Positions 33,698-46,983 of a DNA stretch of 55,459 nucleotides are shown here, piece after piece. The stretch comes from an uncultured Caballeronia sp. (lineage in GTDB: Bacteria; Pseudomonadota; Gammaproteobacteria; Burkholderiales; Burkholderiaceae). Each line of letters opens with the position of its first letter. Position 1 is the stretch's first letter. The notes beneath the pieces are model-generated. The model did no database searches. It was not told the origin of the DNA and saw nothing but the letters and a program-made list of their open reading frames with translations. Position numbers and translations under genes: made by a program. The DNA lies in the NCBI GenBank assembly GCA_940588625.1, contig CALNPU010000001.1:1-55459 (forward strand). Reading direction: 5' to 3'.

Positions 33698-34450
33698 ATG
33701 GAAGTCGCCGATGCCTTACGCATCCCGCTCGAACCTGCTCAGGTGCGCGAGGCCTTGGGAGATCTTGCGCTGGTGCGCGCAAGTATCGACGACTGCGAAT
33801 CTCTGGTGCGCCTCGCCGGCGGCGAATACACGTTGAGGTTGACGGTGGTGCCGCACTACGCGATCCGGGCGCACGTCGCCGACGCCACCCGTTTGCCGCG
33901 CCATGATGGCCGACCCGGCGAGGTCGACGCGCAAACCCTTAGTTTCAAGGCGCGCGGCGAAGGCGTGGGATCGTTGCGCGGACAAATCGCGGTGGCGCCG
34001 ATTCCGGACGAGGACGGGGCATCCACATGGATTGAATACACGGTCTGGGCAACGCTCATCGGGCCGCTGGCAGGTTTGCCCGCGCGACAGATCGAAAACT
34101 CGCTGCGTGAAGTCGCCGACGATTTTTTTATCGAATTCGGCGAAGTCGTGCGGGCGAAGCATGGCCACCCGCCCCGGCTGTCGCGCTCGAACCGGGGGTC
34201 TCGCGGCGCCACGTGTTCTTGCGGCCAATCACCATGTCGGTGGCGTTCGCCCGTCACGGCACCCCTGCGACGCAAAAATCCCGCGCGGCGGCGACGGTCG
34301 ATGCCATTGGCGGCGTCTTGCGCCACCGGCTGCCCGGTCACGCGCCTCGCCATCCGCATCCGCACAGCCTGCCCGCCTGGGCGTGGGCCGCGATGATCTG
34401 CTGTGTCGGCCATCTTCCTGTTTCTCGCGCAGCGCTACGGTCTGCGATAG
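33698..34450 (+). pseudogene. CoxG/SRPBCC-family protein, frameshifted near the C-terminus
   Basis: MEVADALRIPLEPAQVREAL...SIDDCESL...ADDFF. The C-terminal LPAWAWAAMI segment is in another frame. End approximate. Confidence 0.6.
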
Positions 34451-34468
34451 CACCGCAGGCAGGCCCGA

Positions 34469-35122
34469 CTACAAGGATTCGCCGGGACGCAGCATGCTGG
34501 GGCTGTAGCGCATGACGTCGAAACAGGAATCGATCATGCGTTTGGCATCATTCTTGAGATCGATGCTCTCGGGCCACATCAGTGAGTCGTAGAGAATGCC
34601 GGTGAAGAGCGCGTGCAGGATGGTGGTGGCGTGGCGCGTGTCGAGCGAGGCCGGCAACTGGCCCTTATCAACCGCATTGCGCAGTCCGCGCTCGATCTTT
34701 TCCTTCCCATCGCGCACGCGCATGTTCGTCTGATGCCGTTCGCGCACCGGCCCCATGTCTTCCACGAATTCACATTTCAGAAACAGGATGTCGAATACGC
34801 GGCGGCACTGCTCGTCGAGCGCGATATTGCGCATGCACCAGATGAAGATGTCGCGGATCCGGCCAAGCGGGTCCGCCTCTTTTGTGTCGAGCGTTGCTTC
34901 GACCAGTTCGTCAAGCGGTAACAGGCTCCGGTCGAACATGGCGGTAAAAAGGTCGCCCTTGTTTGCAAAGTGCCAATAGATTGCGCCGCGCGTAACACCG
35001 GCTTCCAGCGCGATGTCGGCCAGTGTGGTACGCGAAACGCCTTTCTCGAAAAAAACCCGTTCTGCCGCATCGAGAATACTATTGCGCGTTTCTGCCGCTT
35101 CTTCCTTGGTTCGTCTGACCAT
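34469..35122 (-). CDS. acrR: AcrR-like TetR-family repressor
   Basis: MVRRTKEEAAETRNSILDAA...GVTRGAIYWHF. Divergent from the RND operon. In-frame 6-nt duplication at 34711-34722. Confidence 0.88.
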   Translation of the reverse strand: MVRRTKEEAAETRNSILDAAERVFFEKGVSRTTLADIALEAGVTRGAIYWHFANKGDLFTAMFDRSLLPLDELVEATLDTKEADPLGRIRDIFIWCMRNIALDEQCRRVFDILFLKCEFVEDMGPVRERHQTNMRVRDGKEKIERGLRNAVDKGQLPASLDTRHATTILHALFTGILYDSLMWPESIDLKNDAKRMIDSCFDVMRYSPSMLRPGESL

Positions 35123-35277
35123 TATTTCGTGGGTTCCAGCTTACTTGCCTGGCGCAAAACAACATTAACGCCGCCTTACATTGCACCGCAGCGACGTCAT
35201 GCATTTGTTTACCGCTGCTCAACAGCCCTTCGAGACGATTTTCCTCGTACTGCTCTTGTTCACATATAATAGTCTCT

Positions 35278-35307
35278 TTTACGTTCATTCGTGAATGTAT
35301 ATACAAT
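35278..35307 (+). promoter_or_regulatory. acrA promoter with overlapping AcrR-type operator
   Basis: TTTACG-N18-TACAAT. TACGTTCATTCGTGAATGTATATA (35280-35303) resembles the E. coli AcrR site TACATACATTTGTGAATGTATGTA. Confidence 0.7.
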
Positions 35308-35560
35308 ACCATCCGTCCAACGATAGCCCAAGTAGCACTGACCGGTTAATATCCGACAAAGCTTTCAATCCGCCGTCCATCCGCGTGGCCCATCCCAAGG
35401 TCGTTGTCAGCGGCAGCCGTAAACAGTGACGGCTTCCGGCGGAGGACGACTGCTATGCCCCCACTGGCTACTGGTAAGCGTCTCCAGAAGCTCGTAGCGG
35501 CCCGCCCGTAGAAGGCGGCCGCGCACTTGATTTCAATCAGTCTTTGACAGAGGCCGCTCC

Positions 35561-36823
35561 ATGCGCGTCGAACGGTTTCCATTCCGCTTAATCAGTGCCG
35601 CGACGGCTGCCGTGATTCTTGCAGCCTGCGGACAAAAACCACCGGCACCGCCGCCCCAGACACCCGAAGTCGGGGTCATTACTGTTCAACCCACCACCGT
35701 TCCTATCGTGAGCGAACTGCCCGGCCGCACGAGCGCATTTCTCGTCGCCCAGGTTCGTGCACGGGTCGACGGCATCGTGCTGTGTCGTGAATTCACGGAA
35801 GGCGCAGACGTGAAGGCAGGCCAGCGGCTCTACAAGATCGATCCGGCGCCATACATCGCGGCCCTGAATACCGCCAAGGCAATGCTCGCCAAGGCGCAAG
35901 CCAACGTGGTCACGCAGAACGCCCTGGCGGCGCGCTACAAGATCCTCGTCGCGGCAAACGCGGTCAGCAAGCAGGACTACGACAACGCCGTGGCAACCCA
36001 GGGCCAGGCTGTGGCCGAAGTGGCGTCGGGCAAGGCGGCCGTCGACACCGCGCAGATCAACCTGGGTTATACGGATGTCGTGTCGCCTATCACGGGCCGC
36101 ACGGGGTTGTCGCAGGTCACGCCGGGCGCTTACGTGCAGGCTAGCGCCGCTACGCTGCTCACCACGGTTCAACAACTCGATCCGGTCTATGTCGACCTGA
36201 CGCAATCGAGCGTGGACGGTTTGAAGCTTCGTCGCGATATCCAGGAAGGTCGCCTGCAGACCAGTGGCGCCAACGCCGCCAAGGTCACGCTGATCCTGGA
36301 AGATGGCCGCGAGTATTCGGAGGCAAGCAAGCTGCAGTTCTCCGACGTGAGCGTGGACCAGGGCACCGGTTCGGTCACAGTGCGTGCGATTTTCCCGAAC
36401 AAAGACCGCGTGCTGCTGCCGGGCATGTTCGTGCGTGCCCGTATTGACGAAGGTGTGAACGACAAGGCGCTGGTGGTCCCGCAAGTCGGCGTGACGCATG
36501 ACCAGAAGGGCCAGCCAACGGCTCTGGTGGTCGGTCCGGACAACAAGGTGGCGTTGCGCCAGCTCGTGACGTCGGGTACCTACGGCGACAAGTGGCTCGT
36601 GGATAGCGGCCTCAATGCGGGCGATCGCGTGATCGTGCAAGGGACGGAAAAAGCAAGGCCAGGTGCGACCGTGAAGGCTGTCGACGCACAGCTTCCGGCC
36701 CAGGCGGCTCAACCGGCATCTGGTGCCGCTCCGGGCGCAGCTCCGGCGGCAGCGGACGCCAGCGCGAGCGGCGTGGCTGCTTCGAGCAATCCGGCACCCG
36801 CATCCGCGGCATCAGGCGCGTAA
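35561..36823 (+). CDS. acrA: RND efflux periplasmic adaptor (AcrA/MexA-like) lipoprotein
   Basis: Lipobox LAAC, ELPGRT, VRARVDGI, SPITGR, LLPGMFVRA. Intact. Confidence 0.92.
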   Translation: MRVERFPFRLISAATAAVILAACGQKPPAPPPQTPEVGVITVQPTTVPIVSELPGRTSAFLVAQVRARVDGIVLCREFTEGADVKAGQRLYKIDPAPYIAALNTAKAMLAKAQANVVTQNALAARYKILVAANAVSKQDYDNAVATQGQAVAEVASGKAAVDTAQINLGYTDVVSPITGRTGLSQVTPGAYVQASAATLLTTVQQLDPVYVDLTQSSVDGLKLRRDIQEGRLQTSGANAAKVTLILEDGREYSEASKLQFSDVSVDQGTGSVTVRAIFPNKDRVLLPGMFVRARIDEGVNDKALVVPQVGVTHDQKGQPTALVVGPDNKVALRQLVTSGTYGDKWLVDSGLNAGDRVIVQGTEKARPGATVKAVDAQLPAQAAQPASGAAPGAAPAAADASASGVAASSNPAPASAASGA

Positions 36824-36854
36824 TCAGGCGCAATAAAAGAAAGGAGCCTGTTTC

Positions 36855-39800
36855 ATGGCAAAGTTCTTTATCGATCACCCGATTTTTGCGTGGGTGATCG
36901 CCATTATTCTGATGCTGGCGGGGATCGCTTCGATCTTCACCTTGCCGGTTGCGCAGTATCCGACAATCGCGCCGCCGGCCATTCAGATCAGTGCTACGTA
37001 CCCGGGCGCGTCCGCCAGCACGGTGGAAAACACGGTAACGCAGGTGATCGAGCAGCAGATGAGCGGCCTCGATCACTTGCTGTACCTGTCTTCCACCAGT
37101 GACGACTCCGGTACGGCCACCATTACGATGACGTTCGCGACCGGCACAAATCCGGACATCGCGCAGGTGCAGGTGCAGAACAAGCTGCAACTCGCAACGC
37201 CGCTCTTGCCGCAAGCCGTTCAGCAGCTTGGCTCCAAGGTGACGAAGTCGAGCAGCAGCTTCTTGATGGTGATGGCGTTCGTCTCCACAGACGGCTCCAT
37301 GGGCCGTTACGACCTCGCCAACTACGTGGCCTCGAAGGTGGAAGATCCGATCAGCCGTATCGACGGTGTGGGTACGGTGACGTTGTTCGGCTCGCAATTC
37401 GCCATGCGGATTTGGCTGGATGCAACCAAGCTGAACAACTACGCGTTGACGCCGCTCGATGTGACGAACGCCGTCGCTGCACAGAACGTGCAGGTGGCAG
37501 GCGGCGGCTTGGGCGGTACGCCGGCAGTGCCGGGCCAGATGCTGCAGGCAACCATTACGGAAGCCACGCTGCTGCAAACGCCTGAGCAGTTCGGCAACAT
37601 CCTGCTGAAGGTGAATCAGGATGGCTCGCAAGTGCGGCTGAAGGACGTGTCACGCATCGAGCTGGGGGGTGAGAACTACAACTTCGACACGAAATACAAC
37701 GGTCAGCCAACCGCCGGTTTCGGTATTCAGCTTGCCACGGGCGCTAACGCGCTGAACATGGCGAAGGCCGTCCGCGCGAAGATCGACGACCTGTCGAAGT
37801 ACTTCCCGCCGGGCCTGGTCGTGAAATATCCGTACGACACCACGCCGTTCGTGAAGCTGTCTATTGAAGAAGTGGTCAAGACGCTGATTGAAGGGATCGT
37901 GCTGATGTTCCTGGTGATGTACCTGTTCCTGCAGAACCTGCGGGCCACGCTGATCCCGACCATAGCCGTGCCGATCGTGCTGCTGGGTACCTTCGCGGTC
38001 ATGGGGCTGGTGGGTTTCTCCATCAATACGCTCTCCATGTTCGGGCTGGTGCTCGCCATCGGCTTGCTGGTGGACGATGCAATCGTGGTGGTGGAAAACG
38101 TCGAGCGGGTGATGGCCGAGGAGGGCTTATCTCCAAGGGACGCCACCCGCAAGGCGATGGAACAGATTACCGGCGCGCTGGTCGGCGTGGCGCTCGTGCT
38201 GTCGGCCGTGTTCGTGCCGGTGGCGTTCTCGAGCGGTTCGGTAGGCGCGATCTACCGGCAGTTTTCGCTGACGATTGTCGCGGCCATGATCTTGTCCGTG
38301 CTGACCGCGTTGATTTTGACGCCGGCATTGTGCGCGACCCTCCTGAAGCCAATCGAGAAGGGTCATCACGACGAGAAGAAGGGCTTCTTCGGCTGGTTCA
38401 ACCGCACTTTCGCAAAGAGCCAGGACAAGTATCACAGCGGTGTGCAGCACGTTATTCGCCGCTCGGGCCGCTGGCTGATCATCTATCTGGTGGTGATCGT
38501 CGCGGTGGGTTTCTTGTTCGTCCGCCTGCCGAAGTCGTTCTTGCCTAAAGAAGATCAAGGCACGATGTTCGTGCTCGTCCAGGCGCCGGCAGGTTCAACG
38601 CAGGAACGCACGGCCAAGGTGCTTGCCGATGTTTCCAACTGGCTGCTAACGGACCAGAAGGACATCGTCGACTCCGTATTTACCGTGAACGGCTTCAGCT
38701 TCGCGGGCCGCGGCCAGAACTCGGGCCTCGTGTTCGTGCGGATGAAGGATTACGGGCTGCGGCAGCACGCGGACCAGAAGGTGGGCGCGCTGGTCGGACG
38801 CATGTTCGGGCACTTCGCCAGCTATAAGGACGCGATGATCTTCCCGGTCAATCCACCGTCCATTCCGGAACTGGGTACGGCGTCAGGCTTCGACTTCGAG
38901 TTGCAGGATCGCTCGGGTCTCGGTCACGCGAAGCTGATGGAAGCGCGCAACATGCTGCTCGGCATGGCCGCGAAGGACCCGACACTCGCGCAGGTTCGTC
39001 CTAACGGCCTGAACGATACGCCGCAGTTCAAGGTGAACGTGGATCGCGAGAAGGCGAACGCGCTGGGTCTGTCGCCTGCGACCATCGACCAGGTGTTCTC
39101 GATCACGTGGGCTTCGTCGTACGTGAACAACTTCCTGGACGTCGATAACCGGATCAAGAAGGTCTATGTACAGGGCGACGCGCAGTTCCGCATGAACCCG
39201 GAAGACCTGAACAAGTGGTACGTGCGCAATAGCGCCGGCGCGATGGTTCCATTCGGTGCATTTGGTACCGGCGAATGGATCTACGGTTCGCCGAAGCTGG
39301 AACGCTACAATGGTATTTCCGCGGTGGAAATCCAGGGTGCGGCAGCGCCGGGCAAGTCGACGGGTCAGGCCATGCAGGCCATCGAGGTGATCGCGGTGAA
39401 GTTGCCGGCGGGTATCGGCTACGAATGGACGGGCTTATCGCTGCAGGAACGCCAGTCGGGTTCGCAGGCGCCAATCTTCTACGGCATCTCGATTCTCGTC
39501 GTGTTCTTGTGTCTCGCGGCACTGTATGAAAGCTGGTCGATTCCGTTCTCGGTGATCATGGTCGTGCCGCTCGGTATCTTGGGTGCGTTGCTCGCCGCTA
39601 CTTTGCGCGGACTCGAAAACGACGTGTTCTTCCAGGTCGGCTTGCTGACCACGGTGGGTCTGTCGGCGAAGAACGCAATTCTGATTGTGGAATTCACACG
39701 CGATCTGCGCACTCAGGGCAGGACTACGGTGGAAGCGGCAATGGAAGCGGCGCGCTTGCGGTTGCGCCCGATTCTGATGACGTCGCTGGCGTTCATTCTC

Positions 39801-40034
39801 GGCGTGTTGCCGCTCGCAGTCAGTAACGGCGCGGGTTCAGCCAGCCAGCACGCAATTGGTACGGGCGTGATCGGCGGGATGTTGACCGCAACCTTCCTGG
39901 CCATTTTCACGATCCCGATGTTCTTTGTGGTGGTCAGCAAAATCAGCCACGACAAGGGTACGCCGGTACATAGCCACGACGGCGACAATGGTGGCCACGG
40001 CGGCACGTCTGCTCCGGCCAAGGAAGGACATTGA
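36855..40034 (+). CDS. acrB: RND efflux permease (AcrB/MexB-like)
   Basis: Intact 1059 aa. Proton-relay motifs [33 protein letters not shown]. Confidence 0.95.
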   Translation: MAKFFIDHPIFAWVIAIILMLAGIASIFTLPVAQYPTIAPPAIQISATYPGASASTVENTVTQVIEQQMSGLDHLLYLSSTSDDSGTATITMTFATGTNPDIAQVQVQNKLQLATPLLPQAVQQLGSKVTKSSSSFLMVMAFVSTDGSMGRYDLANYVASKVEDPISRIDGVGTVTLFGSQFAMRIWLDATKLNNYALTPLDVTNAVAAQNVQVAGGGLGGTPAVPGQMLQATITEATLLQTPEQFGNILLKVNQDGSQVRLKDVSRIELGGENYNFDTKYNGQPTAGFGIQLATGANALNMAKAVRAKIDDLSKYFPPGLVVKYPYDTTPFVKLSIEEVVKTLIEGIVLMFLVMYLFLQNLRATLIPTIAVPIVLLGTFAVMGLVGFSINTLSMFGLVLAIGLLVDDAIVVVENVERVMAEEGLSPRDATRKAMEQITGALVGVALVLSAVFVPVAFSSGSVGAIYRQFSLTIVAAMILSVLTALILTPALCATLLKPIEKGHHDEKKGFFGWFNRTFAKSQDKYHSGVQHVIRRSGRWLIIYLVVIVAVGFLFVRLPKSFLPKEDQGTMFVLVQAPAGSTQERTAKVLADVSNWLLTDQKDIVDSVFTVNGFSFAGRGQNSGLVFVRMKDYGLRQHADQKVGALVGRMFGHFASYKDAMIFPVNPPSIPELGTASGFDFELQDRSGLGHAKLMEARNMLLGMAAKDPTLAQVRPNGLNDTPQFKVNVDREKANALGLSPATIDQVFSITWASSYVNNFLDVDNRIKKVYVQGDAQFRMNPEDLNKWYVRNSAGAMVPFGAFGTGEWIYGSPKLERYNGISAVEIQGAAAPGKSTGQAMQAIEVIAVKLPAGIGYEWTGLSLQERQSGSQAPIFYGISILVVFLCLAALYESWSIPFSVIMVVPLGILGALLAATLRGLENDVFFQVGLLTTVGLSAKNAILIVEFTRDLRTQGRTTVEAAMEAARLRLRPILMTSLAFILGVLPLAVSNGAGSASQHAIGTGVIGGMLTATFLAIFTIPMFFVVVSKISHDKGTPVHSHDGDNGGHGGTSAPAKEGH

Positions 40035-40035
40035 G

Positions 40036-41679
40036 ATGCTAAAACACTCCTTGATAGCAGCAGCGGTCGCGCTTTCTGCGGCTGGCTGCACGATGGTGCC
40101 GAAGTATGAGCGCCCGGTGGCGCCCGTCGACCAGACGTTCCCGACGGGCGGCATTTATGACAGGCAGCCGGACGCAGCGTTGTCGGCTTCGCCGGGCGCT
40201 TCGGCGCAGGCAAAGCCGGCGGTGGACATCGGCTGGCGCGATTTCTTCGCCGACGCGCGCTTGCAGCAGATCGTTGCAATCGCGTTGAAGAACAACCGCG
40301 ATCTGCGCGTGTCCATGCTCAACGTGGCAGCGGCGCGTGCGCAGTATCAGATCACGCGTGCCGAGTTGATGCCCACGCTCGATGCGGTCGGGGCGCAGAC
40401 GAAGCAGCGCACGCCGCAGAATCTGTCGGTGACCGGGCAGCCCCTCTCGACCACCTATTCGGTCGGGGTGAATGTCTCCTGGGAAATCGACTTCTTCGGG
40501 CGGATCCAAAGCTTGAAGGACCAGGCGCTCGAGCAGTATTTCGCGCTCGCGGAAACACGCAAGGCGGCGGAAATCTCGCTGGTGTCGCAGGTCGCTGACC
40601 AGTACCTGACCATGCTGTCGGACGATGACCAGCTCACCGTTACGCGCAATAAGCTGAAGACGGCGGACGAGTCGTACCGGATCACGAAGCTGCAATTCGA
40701 TAACGGCGTGGGTACCGAACTCGACGTGCGTCAGGCGCAGGGCATTCAGCAACAGGCCGCCGCCAACCTGCAGTCGCAATTGCGTCTGCGGGCGCAAGCC
40801 GAGAATGCGCTGGTGCTGTTGATTGGTGAGCCGTTGCCGGCAGATTTGCCGATGGGCCTGCCGCTCGACAGCCAGAACCTGCTCACCGATATCCCCGCCG
40901 GACTGCCTTCGGACCTGCTTGCGCGGCGTCCGGACATTGCGTCGGCGGAGCATTCGCTGCTCGCGGCGAACGCGAATATCGGTGCGGCGCGTGCTGCGTT
41001 TTTCCCGAAGATTTCGCTGACGGGTAGCTTCGGGACCTTGTCGCCGACGCTTGGCTCGTTGTTCAAGCCGGGTTCGGCAGCATGGTCGTTCGCACCGCAG
41101 ATCTCGATTCCGATTTTCGAAGGCGGGACGAATCTGGGCAACCTGGATCTGGCTCAGATCCAGAAGCGCATCGAGATCGCGAATTACGAGAAGGCGATCC
41201 AGACGGCGTTCCGCGAAGTGGCGGACGGACTAGCCGCGCGCGGGACTTACGACGAGCAGATCAAGTCGCTCGAGTTGTATGTGAAGTCACAGGCGCGCAG
41301 TCTGAAGCTGTCGGATATGCGATATCGCAACGGTGTAGACAGCTATCTGGCCGTGCTGACGGCCCAGACAAACCTGTACACCGCGCAGCAGTTGCTGATC
41401 GTCGCGCGGCTGAACCGGGCGACGAATCTCGTCGATTTGTATCGTGAGCTGGGTGGCGGCTGGATCGAGCATGCTGGCGATCAGCCACGTCCTTCGGATG
41501 CCATGCCGAATTACCGCGATATCGGCACGCCGACGGCGGTTGTTGCGCCTGCGGCCTCCGGTACGACGGTCAGCTCGGCTTCAACGTGTCCTGCGAAGCT
41601 GGTACCGGTGCAGCATCTGGTGCCGGCGGCAAAGCACCAGGTTGATGCTGAGGGGAAAGCAGTAGGATCGGCTGGATAA
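40036..41679 (+). CDS. Efflux outer-membrane factor lipoprotein (OprM-like)
   Basis: MLKHSLIAAAVALSAAGC, NNRDLR, GLPSDLLARRPDI, ARAAFFP, LGGGW. Confidence 0.92.
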   Translation: MLKHSLIAAAVALSAAGCTMVPKYERPVAPVDQTFPTGGIYDRQPDAALSASPGASAQAKPAVDIGWRDFFADARLQQIVAIALKNNRDLRVSMLNVAAARAQYQITRAELMPTLDAVGAQTKQRTPQNLSVTGQPLSTTYSVGVNVSWEIDFFGRIQSLKDQALEQYFALAETRKAAEISLVSQVADQYLTMLSDDDQLTVTRNKLKTADESYRITKLQFDNGVGTELDVRQAQGIQQQAAANLQSQLRLRAQAENALVLLIGEPLPADLPMGLPLDSQNLLTDIPAGLPSDLLARRPDIASAEHSLLAANANIGAARAAFFPKISLTGSFGTLSPTLGSLFKPGSAAWSFAPQISIPIFEGGTNLGNLDLAQIQKRIEIANYEKAIQTAFREVADGLAARGTYDEQIKSLELYVKSQARSLKLSDMRYRNGVDSYLAVLTAQTNLYTAQQLLIVARLNRATNLVDLYRELGGGWIEHAGDQPRPSDAMPNYRDIGTPTAVVAPAASGTTVSSASTCPAKLVPVQHLVPAAKHQVDAEGKAVGSAG

Positions 41680-41698
41680 AGTAGGTGGTTCAGATGTT

Positions 41699-41733
41699 AA
41701 AAAACCGCAGCCTTTGGGGGCTACGGTTTTTTT
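41699..41733. terminator. Bidirectional intrinsic terminator
   Basis: A6-CCGCAGCC-loop-GGCTACGG-T7 between convergent genes. Confidence 0.75.
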
Positions 41734-41759
41734 ATAGTTTCCCAGGTCTGGACCAACCG

Positions 41760-43153
41760 CGTTTTGACGTACCCCTCGATGCTTCACTTTCGCAGTCCCA
41801 TCAAAATCCCTTCCGGCACGATGGATCGCGCACGTCGCCTCGCGTTCATTTTTCACCCCGTTGAACACAATGTTCAGCAGTACCGCCAACACCGACGCCA
41901 GCAGGATCCCGCAATGCAGAATCGGTTCAAGTGCATGCGGTAACTGCAAAAAGAACTTCGGCGCGACCACTGGCATGAGTCCCAGTCCAATACTCACCGC
42001 GACGATAAACAGGTTGTGGTGATTCTTGACGAAATCGACCTTCGACAGCACCTTGATCATGTTCGCCGTGACCATGCCTAACATGACAATGCCCGCTCCG
42101 CCGAGCACGAACGGCGGAACGGAGGCCACTACCTGCGCCATCTTCGGAAACAGCCCGAGAGCCACGAGGATCACGCTGCCGGTTGCGCAGACGAACCGGC
42201 TCTTCACGCCCGTGACGCTGATCAACCCGACGTTCTGCGAGAACGACGTATGCGGAAACGAGCTGAAGATGTCGCCAATCAGCGTCCCTAATTAATCCAT
42301 CGATTCTCAATCCGCGCACCAGCGCATCCTGGTCGACGGGACGCTTGACCATGTCGCGGACGGCCAGGAACATGCCAGTCGATTCAATGAACGTGACGAA
42401 CATGATGATGACCATGGTTGCAATGGACAGCGGGTCTAAGTGCGGCAGGCCGAAGTGAAACGGCAGCACGATGCCGACCCATGGCGCGCTCGTCACGCCG
42501 TTGAGATCAACACGCCCAAGCGACGCTGCAATCCCGAACCCCGCTACGATCCCCAGGAGTACGGAAATATCCGCGATAAACCCGTGTGCGAACTTGTTGA
42601 TCATCAGGATCAACGTGAGCACAACAAGTGCCAGCAGCAGATAAACCGAATTGCCATACTCGGGGTTCCCGACACTCCCAGCTGCCCAGTTGATGCCCAT
42701 GCCCATCAGCGACAAACCGATCACCGCGATCACGGTGCCGACTACTACGGGCGGGAAAAAGCGCAGCAACCTTCCGATCATTGGCGCGAGGAAAATCCCC
42801 ACCACATCGGCCGCGATCGTCGCACCGAACACGTCGAGAATGCCGAGCCCTGGATTCGTGCCGATGGCAACCATGGGGCCGACAGTGGCAAACGTGCAGC
42901 CCATGATGACCGGCAAGCGGATGCCGAAAATCCAAAGGCCTAACGTCTGGATAAGCGTTGCGACGCCGCACGAGAACAGATCGGCGCTGATGAGGAACGC
43001 GATCTGGTCTTTCGGCAGTTTGAGCGCTGCGTCAAGAATAAGCGGGACCGCGACGGCGCCCGCGTACATCACGAGTACATGCTGAATGCCTAGCGTAAGC
43101 AACTGGGCGGCGGGTAATCGTTCGTCGCACGGATGAACCGGGTTCGATGCCAT
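41760..43153 (-). pseudogene. NCS2 xanthine/uracil permease, frameshifted
   Basis: QHVLVMYAG, FPPVVVG; frameshift near 42295; QNVGLISVTGV signature downstream. Native stop apparently lost, so the end is approximate. Confidence 0.88.
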
Positions 43154-43339
43154 GTTGTCTCTGTCTCCATTGTGTCGGCGGGAGTTAGCACTTCAGCGCT
43201 TACTCCTGTCCCATGCAAGTTGTTTGCTCTTTGAGCGTGTCGAATTAGCGATTCAAGGTAAGTGGCGCAAAAAGCGAGAACAAGTCGACGTTGGCGTATG
43301 GTCCTCTTAGCCGCGTTGATATGCCGCGAGTGCCTTAAT

Positions 43340-44586
43340 ATCGCGTCTGGCGTAGTGAAGCCACGGCTGGCGGGCGAAGGACGATTTGCGTCGCGCTTGC
43401 CCGCGCATGAGTGCGAGCAGGTGAATGCGATCAGTTTCTCAGGGCAGATGCATGGCGTTGTTGTCACGGACGAGAACAACGACGCGTTGCGTCCCGCGAT
43501 GTTATGGCCCGATACCCGCGCGCTCGATTTGCTCGACGCATGGCCGGCACCGCAACCGAATCCCGTCGCACCCGGCATGGCGGGGCCATTGCTGCGCTGG
43601 CTTGCGGTGAACGGGCCCGCAGTGATGAACAAGACACGCTGGGCGTTGCAGCCGAAAGACTGGCTGCGCACGGCGTTGGGCGGCGAAGTCTGCACCGATC
43701 CGTCGGACGCGTGCACCATCGCGCTTACTGCACCTTCGGGCGTATGGGACGACGCGTTGATCGCAGAAATTGGGTTGCGGCGCGAGTGGTTCGCGCCGCT
43801 CGCGCCATCGTATGCAGCGGCTGGTACGTTGAACGCGGAGGGCGCGAAACTGCGCTCGGCCTGCGGGCGGGTATTGTGCTGGCCGTGAGCGCCGGTGACA
43901 CCGCGTGCGCTGCGCTCGGCAGCGGTCTTTTTGCTGATGGCGACGCGTTGTTGACCACCGGCAGCGGCGGCCAGATCGTAGTGGTGTCTGCCGATGCGGC
44001 GACTGACCGGTGGTATCGAATGGCTGCGATGCAGAACGTGGGCGTGGCGCTCGAAGCGGTGCGCGGCTGGCACGGACTGGACGAGCGCTTATGAAGACGC
44101 GTTCAGTGCGCCGGCGCCTACGCGCTTGACGTTCTTGCCCTATGTCAGCGGTGAGCGTTCGCCGTGGATGAACCCGGCGGCGAGGGGTAGGTGGCTCGGC
44201 CTGGGCGACACACGCGGCAGGATGATACGTGCGGCCTTCGAGGGGTTCGCCCTGCGCCGGCCTCGATGCCATTCGTCTGAACGCCGGACCAGCGGCCGTG
44301 GTACGAACCCTGCGGCTTGCTGGCGGCGGCTCAATCGATCCGCGCTGGCCCCAGCTTCTGGCCGACGCGCTCGACGCTGACCTGCAAGCCGTCGATTGCC
44401 CGAATGCGGCCACGCGCGGTGCGGCAATGCTGGGCGGTATCGCGCTCGGGTCCTGGCCACGCGGCGGATCTGGCGGCGCTGGCGCCATCGGCGACGCTCG
44501 TGGCATCACCGGGTGACGATGAGGATCTGGCGCTCCGTCATAAGCGCTTCATCGATTTATACCAGCGTAACGCGAGCTGGTTTTAA
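43340..44586 (+). pseudogene. xylB: Xylulokinase (FGGY kinase), 5'-truncated and frameshifted
   Basis: SGQMHG, LWPDTR, PKDWLR, TDPSDA, FLPYVSGERSP, AGGGS. The N-terminal GIDLGT motif is absent. Confidence 0.8.
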
Positions 44587-44675
44587 CGCATGTTTTCGAC
44601 CTCCGCTTAAACTAACGCTCGCCAAGCGAATCCAAGACGAATCCAAGAGACAGCACGAAAAGCCCGATACGACAT

Positions 44676-45754
44676 ATGTCCGATACAACCACGTACCCGA
44701 CTTCACATCCCGACCATCCCGACTTTCGCTCGCGTGAGTTCCTACTCGATCACGCATTGCGGACCATGACCTTTTATCACCCGCACTGCATGGACCTGGC
44801 GGGCAGTTTTTATCCTTTCTACAAGGACGACGGCACTATTTACGACCGCAAGTCGCCGCATCTGGTGTCGAGTACGTGCTTCGTTTTCAACTATGCCATG
44901 GCGTACAAGCACTTCGGACTCGACGAGTACCGTGGCGGTGTCCGGCATGGCATTGAATACTTGCGCGAGTTTCATCGTGATCCGCAGACCGGTGGTGATG
45001 CGTGGACGTACGTGGACGCTCAACGGCCGCGACGTTACCGACGCCACCAATCATTGCTACGGCCTCGCGTTTGTCGTGCTGGCCTATGCGAAGGCGCTGG
45101 AAGCGGGCTTCGAAGAAGCGCGGGGGTACCTTGAAGAAACCTGGGACCCTGATGGAGACGCACTTCTGGGACGCGGCCCACGGAATGTACAAGGACGAGG
45201 CGAGTGCGGGCTGGGCTGGGAACACTACAAGCCGGACTGGTCGGTCGACTGGGAATACAACAAGGGCGACATCTTTCGGCCGTGGGGATTCCAGCCGGGC
45301 CATCAGACCGAATGGGCGAAGCTGCTGCTGGTTCTCGACCGGCATCGTCCGGGATCCGTGCACTGGAATTTTCGTGGGACCACGAGCACGGCGGGATGGT
45401 GTACGGCTTCGATATCAAGGTCGAGTTCTACGACGAGGACAAGTATTTCTGGGTCCAGGCAGAGTCCCTGGCCGCCGCCGCGTTGCTCGCCGACCAAGCC
45501 GCGCAGGTCGGTGACACGGCTACGGAGGCTCGTTACTGGAACGATTACGACCGTCTGTGGGCCTATAGCTGGGACCACTTCGTCGATCACAAATGGGGCG
45601 CGTGGTACCGGATACTCGCATGCGACAACACGAAATACAGCAACAACAAGTCCAGCCGGCAAAGAGTCCAGTCGAGTCCAGCCGAGTCCAGCCGGCAAAG
45701 ATCGACTATTATACCATGGGCGCATGCTATGAAATACTAAACGTCGTGTCATGA
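44676..45754 (+). pseudogene. AGE-family sugar epimerase/isomerase, disrupted
   Basis: HLVSST, NHCYGLAFV, WEHY, FRPWGFQPGHQTEW, KYFWVQAE, with deletions and frameshifts. Confidence 0.85.
45649..45700 (+). repeat. Nested tandem duplication
   Basis: AGTCCAGCCGGCAAAG-AGTCCAGTCG-AGTCCAGCCG-AGTCCAGCCGGCAAAG. Confidence 0.9.
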
Positions 45755-45818
45755 CGGAATACGATATGTGGCCCGCCAGCTCACTCTGAACCAACGATCA
45801 AGGAAAGGAGTCGAACAC

Positions 45819-46926
<1,108 letters not shown>

Positions 46927-46983
46927 GCGAAGTACGAGCCGGGGTGATGCGCTGCCTCGGCAAAAAATTCGAAGGGATGAGCA

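Noticed and set aside
45649-45700. Possible mini-CRISPR
   Set aside because: Units are 10-16 nt, directly adjacent with no spacers, lie inside a coding remnant, and there are no cas genes.
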